Shown: piece by piece, positions 30,451 through 40,943 of the stretch | How the letters are laid out: the number at the start of each line of letters is the position of its first letter | Position numbering within the stretch: the first letter of the stretch is position 1 | Virus record (IMG/VR): IMGVR_UViG_3300028821_000038 | Coordinates: 1 to 64,000 of that record | Direction: 5' to 3' (one strand) | DNA from: a virus | Length of the DNA: 64,000 nucleotides | Program-made: the position numbers and the translations under genes | The notes under the pieces: generated by a model | Databases searched by the model: none | What the model saw: the letters and a program-made list of their open reading frames with translations, nothing else | Told to the model about the DNA's origin: nothing

Positions 30451-31705
30451 ACCTATTACAAACTTTGCAGCATCCTCCTATGTCGAGGCAGCTGAATTTA
30501 TAAGGAAGAAGATAGAGGGCAATATCGCCAAGCTGAGACTTATTGAGGATAAGCATTCTCAACTGCAAACCACCTTTGATATTTTTCATCCAAACATTAC
30601 TTTCACCATAGATGGCTTCTCTTTTGACAAAGATGCCCAAAGATTTACATATAGTAATAATCTGTACATCAAGAACAATGGGAATATTGTCTCGTTTTAT
30701 CCTGTAGGAAATGCTCTTGAGGCGCGAAGTGAAAATGTTTTGTTCTTAGAGCGCCCGGAAGATGGCGCTACTTATCTTGATAATTCATTTCTTAATAAGA
30801 ATATTGGAAGCCATAAGGTGTATTGGAGGTATGTCAAGCAGAGCATTTTAGACTTGATGAATGGTGGGTATATTTTAGATCCGGATGATATTCCTAGTTT
30901 TGGTATTGTAAATAGTAAATACTGGAGGAAGGTGGAAGAGCATTTTCCTGCTTTGAACGCAAGTGCTTCTGATATAAACAATAATAACACCATTGTGAAT
31001 AAGTTTGTCGCAGAGCTTTTATATAACAATAGGCAGGATCTTGATGTCTATATAAATGCTAACGCTATTCAGGGGGATAGTTTTTATTTTAAAAGAGGGG
31101 CTGTATCTCTCTTTAATGCGGTCTCCCTTCAGGCTTTAAGCTTATTCGCGACAGATAGCTTTATTGTGGAAGAAGATACCCCTGTAACCACAAGCTATGC
31201 CAGTGGCAATTTACTACTGAAGGATCTAAGCAATGCTAAGACATTTATGGTTCCTGAGAAGCCCCTGGAAGACAGGGGGAGCAAAGAATTGATATCTAAA
31301 AATAATCTATACAACAAGTTGTCTAAAAGGATGAATGCCTCTACTCAGTCTATTGATGACGACTTTACAATAGAGTCTTCTTATGGAGATATGGCTATTT
31401 CCTTTAGGTATCTGCAGAATATGCTTCACGAATATGTGTCAGAGTTTTACATGGAGCAGCTAAAGATGTTTGCTGGCGGGTATAGTGGTGGCGGTCCACT
31501 TGGAGAGCTCATTGCAGAGATTGACAAACTAATAAGGGAAATAGAGAGTTCTTATGTTATTATGGATGACTGTGCTGTAATGCCAATAGACAGTAAAGAT
31601 GAAAGCTGTGAGTATGATTGCGATAGCCCCGAAGAGGTGGAGGCCAAGCTCATGGTCACCAAGCAGAGATTAATAGCACAAATTTCATGCGACTTTTTAT
31701 GTTAA
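30428..31705 (+). CDS. Hypothetical protein
   Basis: Start placed at ATG 30428 after GAGGTG. Confidence 0.6.
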   Translation: MTHLEIYKPITNFAASSYVEAAEFIRKKIEGNIAKLRLIEDKHSQLQTTFDIFHPNITFTIDGFSFDKDAQRFTYSNNLYIKNNGNIVSFYPVGNALEARSENVLFLERPEDGATYLDNSFLNKNIGSHKVYWRYVKQSILDLMNGGYILDPDDIPSFGIVNSKYWRKVEEHFPALNASASDINNNNTIVNKFVAELLYNNRQDLDVYINANAIQGDSFYFKRGAVSLFNAVSLQALSLFATDSFIVEEDTPVTTSYASGNLLLKDLSNAKTFMVPEKPLEDRGSKELISKNNLYNKLSKRMNASTQSIDDDFTIESSYGDMAISFRYLQNMLHEYVSEFYMEQLKMFAGGYSGGGPLGELIAEIDKLIREIESSYVIMDDCAVMPIDSKDESCEYDCDSPEEVEAKLMVTKQRLIAQISCDFLC

Positions 31706-31714
31706 GGAGAAAAA

Positions 31715-32224
31715 ATGGTTGGATACAACTTGAAGAAGCTGGTTGAGTTTGGAAAGCAAATGGATAGCCTATATAGTGGGCCGATATACCCTCGCGTAAA
31801 GATAGAGATGTCATACTTTTATATGTTGTGCATGGACGATGATGCAATTGAAGCTATGCAGGACAAGATAGCTATTGAAATGCTAGGGTTGATGTTTATT
31901 TATTATCGGAGTGATGACAAGAGCTTTGAGGAGTTGGCTACCGACACTATCTCTCATATACTAAACCGTGCCCTATATAAGCAAAGTTCATATAGAGGTG
32001 CATTGGCTAGACCAGACAAAGAGACAATATGGAAATTGCTTGCAATCAAAGAAGTAACTATTGGAAATTTGGCAGAGGCACTAACTCTATTGATGATAGA
32101 AAAAAACAAAGATTTGGAGGAGTTTATTAGTGATACAGACAAAGTGGCATGTTTTATCAGGAACAATTTTCTAATTAACTCGGGACTGTCTATTTCCACT
32201 GAAAGGCTAGCCGATGCGTGTTGA
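31715..32224 (+). CDS. Hypothetical protein
   Basis: AAGGAG RBS. Confidence 0.65.
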   Translation: MVGYNLKKLVEFGKQMDSLYSGPIYPRVKIEMSYFYMLCMDDDAIEAMQDKIAIEMLGLMFIYYRSDDKSFEELATDTISHILNRALYKQSSYRGALARPDKETIWKLLAIKEVTIGNLAEALTLLMIEKNKDLEEFISDTDKVACFIRNNFLINSGLSISTERLADAC

Positions 32225-32690
32225 AATAGTTAGTCTTACAAGAAACAATTTTCATTCAATAGTTACAATGGTGTGGGAAATAATGCATAGGGAGCACCCG
32301 GACTACAAAAGATCAGAAGCTGAAAAGATAGTGCGTGACAATGGGGATAGAGTGGTAGCACTGGAAGTAAATAGTGAGGTTGCTGCATTTTATATCTACA
32401 CAGAGACCCCAATGGTGTACAATCTTAACTTTTTTGGGATCTCTCCATTGTTTAGGAAGACAAAAATGGCATATCGGTTCTACAAATATATGCTAAACCA
32501 CTTGTCCAAAAAGCCGATTATAATATCGATATATTCCGACAATAAAGATATGATAAACTTAGCAAGCAAAAAATGGAATTTCATAGGCAGATTTCCTGCC
32601 AGAGATAACAAAATCATAGAGTATTACTCTATAGGAGATAAAGGAGCGGGCAGTGAAACAGGGCACAGCAGGTATCATCTTGATAAATGA
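32214..32690 (+). CDS. GNAT-family acetyltransferase
   Basis: VAAFYIY...YNLNFFGISPLFRKTKMAYRF (motif A-like) and IYSDNKDMINLASK-WNF (motif B-like). Confidence 0.6.
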   Translation: MRVEIVSLTRNNFHSIVTMVWEIMHREHPDYKRSEAEKIVRDNGDRVVALEVNSEVAAFYIYTETPMVYNLNFFGISPLFRKTKMAYRFYKYMLNHLSKKPIIISIYSDNKDMINLASKKWNFIGRFPARDNKIIEYYSIGDKGAGSETGHSRYHLDK

Positions 32691-34404
32691 GTATATGCCA
32701 AATGATGTAAAATTCGATCCAAACAAACCCGTAGACTCTAAAGAGTTTAAGAAGAAGATGACAGAGTTTGCTAAGAAACACCCCCAGCTGTATGCAAAAA
32801 ACATAACCCATATTGCATATATTGGGGAGAAAATGGCTTTTTATCTTGGTGCAAATGTTGGTCCAAACGACCTGAAGGTGGACGATAGAAAGGTGTCAAG
32901 TTTTATAAATTCTATTGATTCGAAAATGAAGAAGGCTAAAACAGACGATCAAAAGAGGAATATTCTTCTACAGGGACTTAGCAAAGCGACAGATCTTGTG
33001 CAGAAAGTGACGCCAGACTCAAATGAAATGAAGCAACAAGTGAAATCTGGTGCCAGGGGCAAGCCTGTTCAATTTGCAAGGATGGCCATAGGGCCAATAT
33101 ATTCTGTTGATATGTCTCAAAAGCCTAAGCCTATTCTGATTAGAAATAGCTTTACAAAAGGTCTAAGCTCCAATGAATACTTCAATGTTGCGAGTCAGGG
33201 GCGCTTTGCGTCGGTTCAATCCGCAAATACAACCTCAGAGCCTGGGGCACTAGGAAAGGTGCTTGCAGCTAATGCGGATGACCAGACTGTTACTATGATT
33301 GATTGTGGAACCACGAATGGTATTTTTATGAATACTGACGACAGGCACATCATTGGTAGATATGAAGCTGGCACCAATAAGTTGATAGACGAGGATTATT
33401 TCAACTACCTGAAAAAGCACAAAAAACAAGTTAAAGTTAGAAGTCCGATTACCTGTCAAGTACCCAAAGGAGTATGTGCAAAGTGTTATGGCCTTAAATC
33501 TGATGGCCACCTCCCTGCCGTGGGCGATAATGTTGGTATTGTTGCATCTCAAACAGTGGGGCAGATTATGACCCAGATGGTGCTGTCAACCAAGCATTCA
33601 ACAATCGGAAAAAATGATGATGATTCACTTACTGGTGTCGAGGGGTTTAAAATTATCGCTAACTCACCGTTGAGTTTTACCGATGCAGCTGTAGTATCCC
33701 CCGTAGAAGGGATTGTACAGGGTATTTCCCCTGAGAAGTCAGGTGGGCATTATGTATATATTGGCACAACAAAGGTTCATGTTCCTGCTGGAAAGCGTAT
33801 TATTGTAAAAAAGGGACAAAGTGTACACAAAGGCGACAAATTATCGTCTGGTGTTGTTACTCCAAAGCAGATTTTGTATACACAGGGGACATTAGAGGCC
33901 AGAAAAAAAGAGTCCGATATGCTCCATAAGCTATTTAAGGATTCCACAGGGAAAGACCTGCAGAAGAAGCACTTTGAGGTTATAGCTCGAGGACATTTAT
34001 CTCTCGGTATGGCGGATGATGGAACAGTAGACTCAATCCACACCCTAATGTCAAACTATCCAAGGCTTTCCAGAATGGAAATGGTTGGGCCAAGAATAAA
34101 AGGGAAGTATCTTGCTGAAGATGTAGGCTCCCTATCTAAAGGGTTACAAATTGATGATCGAGTAATGAAGTTGCTTAACAAATGGATGATTCATCGTGTA
34201 AAAGTGACAGAGGAGAGACCTCCTGTTAAACCTCTCTTTAAGTCATTGGAACAAAGACCTGTGTTTGGGCGCAGTCTTTTTTCTAAGCTAAATTATCGTA
34301 ATCTAAGTAAGGCAATCAAAGATGAAGTTGCTACGGTTAAGAGACCGCAGCTTGTGGGCAATAGCTCATCGGATCGAGAAAAACATACAGCGGGGTATCT
34401 ATAA
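32653..34404 (+). CDS. Phage multisubunit RNA polymerase, beta-prime C-terminal half
   Basis: SGARG, IRNSFTKGLS.NEYF, bridge-helix region, Zn site DCGT + RSPITC..GVCAKCYG, trigger loop GIVASQTVGQIMTQMVLSTKH, KHFEVIAR; no NADFDGD catalytic loop. Confidence 0.9.
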   Translation: MKQGTAGIILINEYMPNDVKFDPNKPVDSKEFKKKMTEFAKKHPQLYAKNITHIAYIGEKMAFYLGANVGPNDLKVDDRKVSSFINSIDSKMKKAKTDDQKRNILLQGLSKATDLVQKVTPDSNEMKQQVKSGARGKPVQFARMAIGPIYSVDMSQKPKPILIRNSFTKGLSSNEYFNVASQGRFASVQSANTTSEPGALGKVLAANADDQTVTMIDCGTTNGIFMNTDDRHIIGRYEAGTNKLIDEDYFNYLKKHKKQVKVRSPITCQVPKGVCAKCYGLKSDGHLPAVGDNVGIVASQTVGQIMTQMVLSTKHSTIGKNDDDSLTGVEGFKIIANSPLSFTDAAVVSPVEGIVQGISPEKSGGHYVYIGTTKVHVPAGKRIIVKKGQSVHKGDKLSSGVVTPKQILYTQGTLEARKKESDMLHKLFKDSTGKDLQKKHFEVIARGHLSLGMADDGTVDSIHTLMSNYPRLSRMEMVGPRIKGKYLAEDVGSLSKGLQIDDRVMKLLNKWMIHRVKVTEERPPVKPLFKSLEQRPVFGRSLFSKLNYRNLSKAIKDEVATVKRPQLVGNSSSDREKHTAGYL

Positions 34405-35129
34405 TGGCTAAAATTTATTTTAACGACAAGATTATTAAGCATCTACCAGAGACTACTATACTTAACTTCTTTGTGGAGCCTGGCGAAAACGGATCTGCAA
34501 TTTATATAAGGGATACAAGGCCAGAGGTTTACAAAAAGGGTAGGAATTTTATAATTGGAGACCTTTCCTATCACAAGAAAGACAAAAACTTCTATATAGA
34601 TATAACGCCCTTGAGCGTAATGGATGGACAAATATTGGGTGTGTATGTAGGTGATGGTGTTGAGTTTAAGTCGAAATCGGATAAGGAACCGATTTTTTAT
34701 GTTGCGCAAAAAAATACAGAGTTTACTCTCGGGATGACGCCCAATATAGACAAGCCATCATCGGGCGGTATAACAATGCTTGGGATGTATCATCTTGGAA
34801 CAATTATCTCGTTTAAGCGAGATGGAATAGCCTTCAAGGACCAATTAACCCCCAAAGGGTGGAAGAGGATACAGGGACCAGATGACCGCCTTTTGGGTAT
34901 AATGACAACAGCTGAGGCTTTCGAGAAGGCCTCCAAACAGAAGCCGTCAATCTCTAGTACAAGAGACAGGAAGGCAGAGGTTTTAGCAAGAGCCAAAGAG
35001 GCCGCGGCAGATGGTGCAATCCCAAAAAATTTAGCCGCAGATCTTGAGGCATACCTTACAGCAGATGATGGAGTATTCTTCTTTCTGCATTCAGACTTTA
35101 AAAAATTAAAAGAAAAGGGTATCATATGA
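34404..35129 (+). CDS. Hypothetical protein
   Basis: TAATG-coupled to the RNAP subunit gene. Confidence 0.65.
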   Translation: MAKIYFNDKIIKHLPETTILNFFVEPGENGSAIYIRDTRPEVYKKGRNFIIGDLSYHKKDKNFYIDITPLSVMDGQILGVYVGDGVEFKSKSDKEPIFYVAQKNTEFTLGMTPNIDKPSSGGITMLGMYHLGTIISFKRDGIAFKDQLTPKGWKRIQGPDDRLLGIMTTAEAFEKASKQKPSISSTRDRKAEVLARAKEAAADGAIPKNLAADLEAYLTADDGVFFFLHSDFKKLKEKGII

Positions 35130-37459
35130 CAGGTCTTAGAGCGCTAGACAAAACGGCTAAAGATAAGAGTGTCGAGAATAACATAAAGCAACTTGTAACA
35201 GAAGAGGCATATTCTCAAATTTCAGATAAGTTTCCACACTTAATTTCTTTTATAGTTGGTGTGGATATCCTTGAAATGATTGATGAAAAAACAGCTATTG
35301 GGGCAGCTGTTCTTATGGCTGAGGGTGGTAGAGTTCTAATTCCAATAATCTATACAAATGGCATCGTGGACGCTACTACCTTCTTGTATAATGAAGAGTT
35401 TAATACAATGCTTGCATTGACGAAAAAAACAGCTAAGTTTATTTCTAATACAGCTACCGGCATTGAAGGGGATGTTGTCACCGATAATTCTATCAAGAAT
35501 GTAGACCAAGGCAATATCAGAGGATTGTTTATACCCCCTAAAACATACAGTCCTAAGATTGCATCCTCTACAGGGGGCCTCCTGTTTGCAGTTGCCGAAC
35601 AATACCCTCTTGTAAAAATAGCCTTGGCTAAAAAGCTCTCTACTGATTATAAATATCGCACTATCTTTGAAGACACTTATGGGCATGAAGCGGTTGAGTA
35701 CATTGAAAAAACAGCCGCTTCACATGAGCAGTATCAATTATCTAAAGATGTAACCCCTCCAGATGTTGCTTTTTCAATAAAAGAGATAGCAACAAAGGAC
35801 TGGATAGAGAAAGAGGCGGCGTTTGATGAGTTTGGCAGATATGGATATGTCATTTCTCAGGGTAAATTTTATCCAACAAAATCACTAGAGAAGGTAGCTA
35901 GCAGTTTATCGAAACTCAAAAGGCTTACCGGTAGCGATACAATTGAGACTATTCCTGATAATCAAATAGGTGCGTTTATGGCTTTTGATGCAGTGTCACT
36001 ATCTCCAGTTCCTCTGATATTATATAAAAATAAGTATGGTACTCCAATTATTGCCTCCAAGCATAATATATCTGTTGCTGATAAGGATAGATTGGCTACC
36101 TTATGCGCTAGCGGTAGTTCTGATTTTGCTGGCAGCAGCGATCTTTATAATATGAGAAACAATGATAACTATATCGTGGGGAACAGGATAGGTATTTTTG
36201 ATGCGGGAGCTATACCCTTTATGGTTGCAAGAAGATATATGGAGCCAATGTTTTGTACTGGAGAGTACCATGTACTCCTATTGAAGGATGCCGAGATTGT
36301 ATTTGGAGCAAGAGTTTCTCCCGATGCAATAACCGATCTTCTTGGCAGTACCACGATTGATGTGGATGATATCAAAATAGTGATAACAAGAAATAGCAAC
36401 CAGAGCTACAAGAAGGTTGGAAATGTTATCTATATTGGTGATGCGCATGTTGCGGTAATGCGTGAGCCTATGACAATTTCCCAGAAGGGTGCTATTACTC
36501 TTCTAACAAACAATAATGCTGACACTCAAGGTACTGGGGAAATAGTTAAAGTAGCCTATGACAGTGGGGATTACTACTACAATTCTCGTCATTACACTTT
36601 GGATGGACTTGTCCAACAACTCCTTAAGGAGGGGTATGATAAGTACAGTATTTACAACTTAACCAAGACCGCCGCAGAAGAAGGCAGCACTGAGATGGTG
36701 GCGGTTAATGCAAAACTGGATATGCTTTCTCAAATGGTAATGAATTTGGCCGGCAAAGTAGAAACAGTTGCTTCGGCCATTCAGCGGTTCCAGCAGGATT
36801 CCAGTATGCAGCTAGGATTAGCTAATACAGTAGATCCTGCTCAACAGCAGGCGGTAGCTCAGCAACTTGCGGCGCAACAAGAAGCAACAGCTCAGCAGCA
36901 ACCTATAGAGCAGGGGGCGATGGCTGATATGAGCAATGTAGCGCAGCAGTCTACATTTGATAACCAAGGTGGTGGAATATATAGCCAGCAGGAAGCAGCG
37001 GCTCAGCAGCAGGGTCCAGCAGCTCAACAGCAAGCTGGATTGGGTGCGGCAGAGGCACAAATGCCTGTACCTGGAGATGTTCCTCCACAGCCCCAGGATG
37101 CCCAGCAGCAAGTGCCCGAAGGAATGAATCCCAATATTGATCCAGAGGTACTTCAGATGTTAGCACAACTTAAAGATTCAAAGGTGATGGATGTTGGTGT
37201 GCTCGCCACGTTGGGACTCGACTCTGAGATATCAGAAATAGTTTCAGGATACAGAGATGATATTCTTCATGGTGTATCGGCAATTGGTAGAATTTTATTC
37301 AATATGATGGTTAGAAAAGATGCCCTCTCTGCCCAGTATGGTGATGCCAAGTATAAAAAGATAACCAATTCCTTGAGAAATATCTTTGTGAAAACTAGCG
37401 ATCTGTATGTAGATATTACTATGATGGGGGTTGAGGCCAATGTACAAGTGGACAATTAA
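35126..37459 (+). CDS. Large putative internal head protein with many K-x-A motifs and a Gln/Ala-rich region
   Basis: LDKTA, SPKIA, LVKIA, IEKTA, IEKEA, LEKVA, IVKVA, LTKTA; Q/A-rich low complexity about 36830-37110. Confidence 0.6.
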   Translation: MTGLRALDKTAKDKSVENNIKQLVTEEAYSQISDKFPHLISFIVGVDILEMIDEKTAIGAAVLMAEGGRVLIPIIYTNGIVDATTFLYNEEFNTMLALTKKTAKFISNTATGIEGDVVTDNSIKNVDQGNIRGLFIPPKTYSPKIASSTGGLLFAVAEQYPLVKIALAKKLSTDYKYRTIFEDTYGHEAVEYIEKTAASHEQYQLSKDVTPPDVAFSIKEIATKDWIEKEAAFDEFGRYGYVISQGKFYPTKSLEKVASSLSKLKRLTGSDTIETIPDNQIGAFMAFDAVSLSPVPLILYKNKYGTPIIASKHNISVADKDRLATLCASGSSDFAGSSDLYNMRNNDNYIVGNRIGIFDAGAIPFMVARRYMEPMFCTGEYHVLLLKDAEIVFGARVSPDAITDLLGSTTIDVDDIKIVITRNSNQSYKKVGNVIYIGDAHVAVMREPMTISQKGAITLLTNNNADTQGTGEIVKVAYDSGDYYYNSRHYTLDGLVQQLLKEGYDKYSIYNLTKTAAEEGSTEMVAVNAKLDMLSQMVMNLAGKVETVASAIQRFQQDSSMQLGLANTVDPAQQQAVAQQLAAQQEATAQQQPIEQGAMADMSNVAQQSTFDNQGGGIYSQQEAAAQQQGPAAQQQAGLGAAEAQMPVPGDVPPQPQDAQQQVPEGMNPNIDPEVLQMLAQLKDSKVMDVGVLATLGLDSEISEIVSGYRDDILHGVSAIGRILFNMMVRKDALSAQYGDAKYKKITNSLRNIFVKTSDLYVDITMMGVEANVQVDN

Positions 37460-38174
37460 TGTCTTTGAGGGCAACGGGAAACTAAAAAAAGAGTTTGTGT
37501 CTGACAGAGATGCAAAGCAGGCACGCTCTTATATAAATGGGAAAAAGATTCATAACGCCAATGTGAGAGAGGCTGTCGATATCTATTCCCGCCCTATACA
37601 GAGAATCGTCTTGGAAAGCCTTTTGATATGTGAGGATTGCACAATCGATGAGGTCATAGAGCTTACAGGAATCTCCAAAACAACAATTCAGAAATATAAA
37701 AACATATTTTTTAGGATAGATCAAGCTTTCAACACTAGATTGGATGTACTCGATTATATAGAATCAGGGATAGCTGACAACAGTGATGATCCAATCTTGC
37801 TGGAAAACTTTTTGATGAAAAGGTGGGCTAGATCTCTCGGCAAGGAATTTGTGATATGGCGCTACAGGCTAAAGCCAGTAACATATACCCCTGCAACGCT
37901 TTATGATACGGTAATCAAAGAGGCATTTTTCTATCACAAAGAAAAATCTATGGGTAACAACGAAATATCGCTTCAAGAGTACTTGCGATCCGCAAATTCT
38001 ATACTGAGTGGAATCAAGAATGGATCGACTATTGCTGAGGTTTCCAAAGAAGATAACGGTTTGGACATACTAGAGCAATTGGATATAATTATCGAAGATA
38101 CTGAGGCTATACCGGCAGAGCTTCCAGATGCCGATATCCTTATAAACAATGCTATTGAGCAGGAGAATATCTAA
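37440..38174 (+). CDS. Hypothetical protein with HTH-like motif
   Basis: TIDEVIELTGISKTTIQKY; start placed at ATG 37440. Confidence 0.55.
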   Translation: MYKWTINVFEGNGKLKKEFVSDRDAKQARSYINGKKIHNANVREAVDIYSRPIQRIVLESLLICEDCTIDEVIELTGISKTTIQKYKNIFFRIDQAFNTRLDVLDYIESGIADNSDDPILLENFLMKRWARSLGKEFVIWRYRLKPVTYTPATLYDTVIKEAFFYHKEKSMGNNEISLQEYLRSANSILSGIKNGSTIAEVSKEDNGLDILEQLDIIIEDTEAIPAELPDADILINNAIEQENI

Positions 38175-39076
38175 TGAACAAGTATACATTGATAGCGGAA
38201 GAGATTATGAGACGCAAAAAGGACGGAGAAAGCCCTAATACACTAATCAGGAAATATGCATCTGAACATGATTTAAATATCCATGAAACACAAAGAGTTG
38301 TGGAGGAATATAATGTTGGTGTGTTTCTGCAGAAACTAAAAGAGGGAACCCATCACGAAGATTATGAGCTTGCAAACCCAGTAGAGGTGGCCGAAATCCC
38401 GATTACCGCACAGTCAGGCACGAGTACTTTGGACAAGGCAGCATCATATGCCCCCAGGAAATATGCCTTACATGCTGGGATGTTTAGCTTGGATGATCCT
38501 GCTTCAGATGTAGATTCCCACCTCGAGAAGGTTGCATCTTATAATAATTTCACTCATGAGGATTCAATTGAGGAGCGACAAGAGGAGGCTGAGAAAGAAG
38601 CATATAGAGAGATGGCATCAAATGCAGCACTAGAAAAAAAGGCCATGATTAGTTCTTTCAGGGATGCTATGATTACAGATTTGGTTGATGCAAGCAAAGA
38701 GACTGAAGGGTTGACTAAAACGGCTGTTGTAATGCTGGCAAAAGAAGGACTTGCGGACGAAGCAGAAGAAGTGCTTCTGTTGTCAAAGTTTGCCTCATCG
38801 GATTTAGTGCAAGCCAAAATGGAGCCACCCACAGAAAAACAAAAAGCATTGGTTGGTCTATTAAAGGAAGCAAAAGGTAAAAAAGAGGGATATGTTCGTA
38901 GGCTTGCCAAGGATGTTGGCGAGGGACTTAAGGGGACTTATTATGTTGCCAAAACATTAGCCAAGCACCCCTTTTTGACAGCTGGTGGTGTTGGGGCTGT
39001 ATATTATGCGAAATCCAAAAGAGGACATGAGCCAGAGATGCAAAAGTTCAGAATGACAATTGGGGACTATTCATAA
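38174..39076 (+). CDS. Putative internal head protein with K-x-A motifs and C-terminal hydrophobic segment
   Basis: LDKAA, LEKVA, LEKKA, LTKTA, LSKFA, LLKEA; HPFLTAGGVGAVYYA. Confidence 0.6.
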   Translation: MNKYTLIAEEIMRRKKDGESPNTLIRKYASEHDLNIHETQRVVEEYNVGVFLQKLKEGTHHEDYELANPVEVAEIPITAQSGTSTLDKAASYAPRKYALHAGMFSLDDPASDVDSHLEKVASYNNFTHEDSIEERQEEAEKEAYREMASNAALEKKAMISSFRDAMITDLVDASKETEGLTKTAVVMLAKEGLADEAEEVLLLSKFASSDLVQAKMEPPTEKQKALVGLLKEAKGKKEGYVRRLAKDVGEGLKGTYYVAKTLAKHPFLTAGGVGAVYYAKSKRGHEPEMQKFRMTIGDYS

Positions 39077-39096
39077 AAAATAAACAGGAGCACTAT

Positions 39097-39234
39097 ATGG
39101 ATACTAAAACAAAAATGCTACTTCATAAGTTCGCAAAAGATAGCTTTAAAGAGTATTTTCTAAAGAAATTTGCAGCGGTTGAACTTGCCAAAGAGGTTAA
39201 AAAAATAATCGCTTCCAGAAAGAGTGGAAAATAA
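39097..39234 (+). CDS. Small K-x-A protein (45 aa, not in ORF track)
   Basis: MDTKTKMLLHKFAKDSFKEYFLKKFAAVELAKEVKKIIASRKSGK; CAGGAG RBS. Confidence 0.65.
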   Translation: MDTKTKMLLHKFAKDSFKEYFLKKFAAVELAKEVKKIIASRKSGK

Positions 39235-39274
39235 AGTATAATATAGCATTCCATTAATTAAAAAAGGATGCTAT

Positions 39275-40942
39275 ATGGCAATTGCAGATGATTTTTCCAT
39301 TGCTACCAATGGGGATATACGATATATAGGTGCCAATCATGGGCAAGCTGGAGCAGGATACTACACTGTTTTAGAGTTCCATAGATGGTTACAAGATTTG
39401 GCGGATGATGTAAGTGCATCTGGAGATGATCTTCTCGATATTACCGATGAGACTCCATCGGATCGCTCGACTGACAACATTATTACCCTATTCGAACCAT
39501 ACAATATAGATGACGCAACCGCAGAGCATCTCTTTGATGGTTCTATCATACAGGATGATGGTGATACTATTTATGATGGTATTGTGAACTTCGGTGTCGA
39601 AGGGATACATATCACGCTTGTTCAAAATGGACAAGTTATTGCAAATGACTTCTGGAATAGCACCCCCGATGGCGAAACTCTATCTGGACTCAATAGAGAT
39701 ACTACTGCAGGGATATCTCACCGCTTTATGCTTAAGGTAAGAGACGGTGGGGTAGATATCGATGGTCGTCGTATTCTTGGGCTTTCTCGTGAGTTTGGTA
39801 AAACTTACACCTATTTCAAAATCAACGGAACCGCACGCGGTAACAACGTTTTGGCCCTTACCAATTCTATTGACCTCAACAACCAGACAGATGAAAACAC
39901 TGTTGCTGGCTGGTCTTCCGATATTGTCAATGACAATGAAGGATATATTGGACTGGATGTCGATAATGATGGTACCGTAGAGCATTACTACAGTGAATGG
40001 AGTATAGGTGGTTCATTGGGTATCAACGACTTCTACGAATACATGAAGTACCTTGCCAGAAGCGATGCCTCTGGAACCATATATGGCGTAGATGCCAGAA
40101 TGTTCCTTGGTATTACACACGAGATTGAGATCTCTAACATATCAGGAACCTTCAATGAGCCTGAAAAAGTAACATGGACTGGTGGTAGTGGCCAGATACT
40201 TGCTACGGATAATGCGACAAAGCTGTGGATTCAGTTGCTCACAGGTGTATTTCCTGCTGCTGGTGATACTATTACTGGAGAGGATAGTGGTGCTACAGCG
40301 GATGTAGGCACAACCATTGAACGCCCCATTTCTCCAACTGTGGCTGGCGCATCTACTGGTTCTGCAATTATCGGTGCTTATGGACTTGGAATCAATCCTA
40401 CCGATCTGACGAACGCAGACAAGCTGTTCGACCTTGACAATATTCAGCATACTCCGCCCAACTATGTCACCTTCTATGTCCAGGGGCTTGTTGCTGGAGA
40501 GGACAGAGTACTCGTTGCGCCTGAATACAATGGCGATATCGAATACGACCAATTCACCCTTGCTGCAGACATCACGGCTGGAGACACCGATATACAGGTT
40601 GATTCCACAATTCCTTCCGATACTCCGGCTAGTGGAACAATCAGGGTATTTGATGGATCTGTATATCAACTTGTTTCCTATACTGGATACTCTGGTGATA
40701 CATTTACGGGTTGTTCTAATACTCCTACAGCCACCACAGGCTCTAATGTGTGGATTTCCTATATCGACAAGGTTGCAGACAATACAACCGAAAGCTTTAC
40801 AGGGGTATATACAGGAAGCGACCGCTCTCTGTTTATCAGGGTTAGAGATGGTGGAAACACACCAATCAAGACATTCGAAACTACAGGTACGCTCGGTTCT
40901 GCCGGCGGTTCCACAACTGCTATTCGCACAAGCGACGCATAA
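39275..40942 (+). CDS. Abundant-looking acidic beta-rich virion surface/fibre protein
   Basis: G/T/D-rich 555 aa; own TATAAT (39237..39242), AAAGGA RBS and downstream hairpin; C-ending codon bias. Confidence 0.55.
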   Translation: MAIADDFSIATNGDIRYIGANHGQAGAGYYTVLEFHRWLQDLADDVSASGDDLLDITDETPSDRSTDNIITLFEPYNIDDATAEHLFDGSIIQDDGDTIYDGIVNFGVEGIHITLVQNGQVIANDFWNSTPDGETLSGLNRDTTAGISHRFMLKVRDGGVDIDGRRILGLSREFGKTYTYFKINGTARGNNVLALTNSIDLNNQTDENTVAGWSSDIVNDNEGYIGLDVDNDGTVEHYYSEWSIGGSLGINDFYEYMKYLARSDASGTIYGVDARMFLGITHEIEISNISGTFNEPEKVTWTGGSGQILATDNATKLWIQLLTGVFPAAGDTITGEDSGATADVGTTIERPISPTVAGASTGSAIIGAYGLGINPTDLTNADKLFDLDNIQHTPPNYVTFYVQGLVAGEDRVLVAPEYNGDIEYDQFTLAADITAGDTDIQVDSTIPSDTPASGTIRVFDGSVYQLVSYTGYSGDTFTGCSNTPTATTGSNVWISYIDKVADNTTESFTGVYTGSDRSLFIRVRDGGNTPIKTFETTGTLGSAGGSTTAIRTSDA

Positions 40943-40943
40943 C

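Noticed and set aside
32653-34404. Host rpoC fragment or contamination
   Set aside because: Too diverged in the bridge helix and trigger loop, overlaps phage genes on both sides, and has no rpoB or ribosomal-protein neighbours
36830-37110. CAG-rich repeats as a CRISPR or DNA repeat array
   Set aside because: Imperfect, in-frame Gln/Ala low-complexity coding sequence with no repeat-spacer structure
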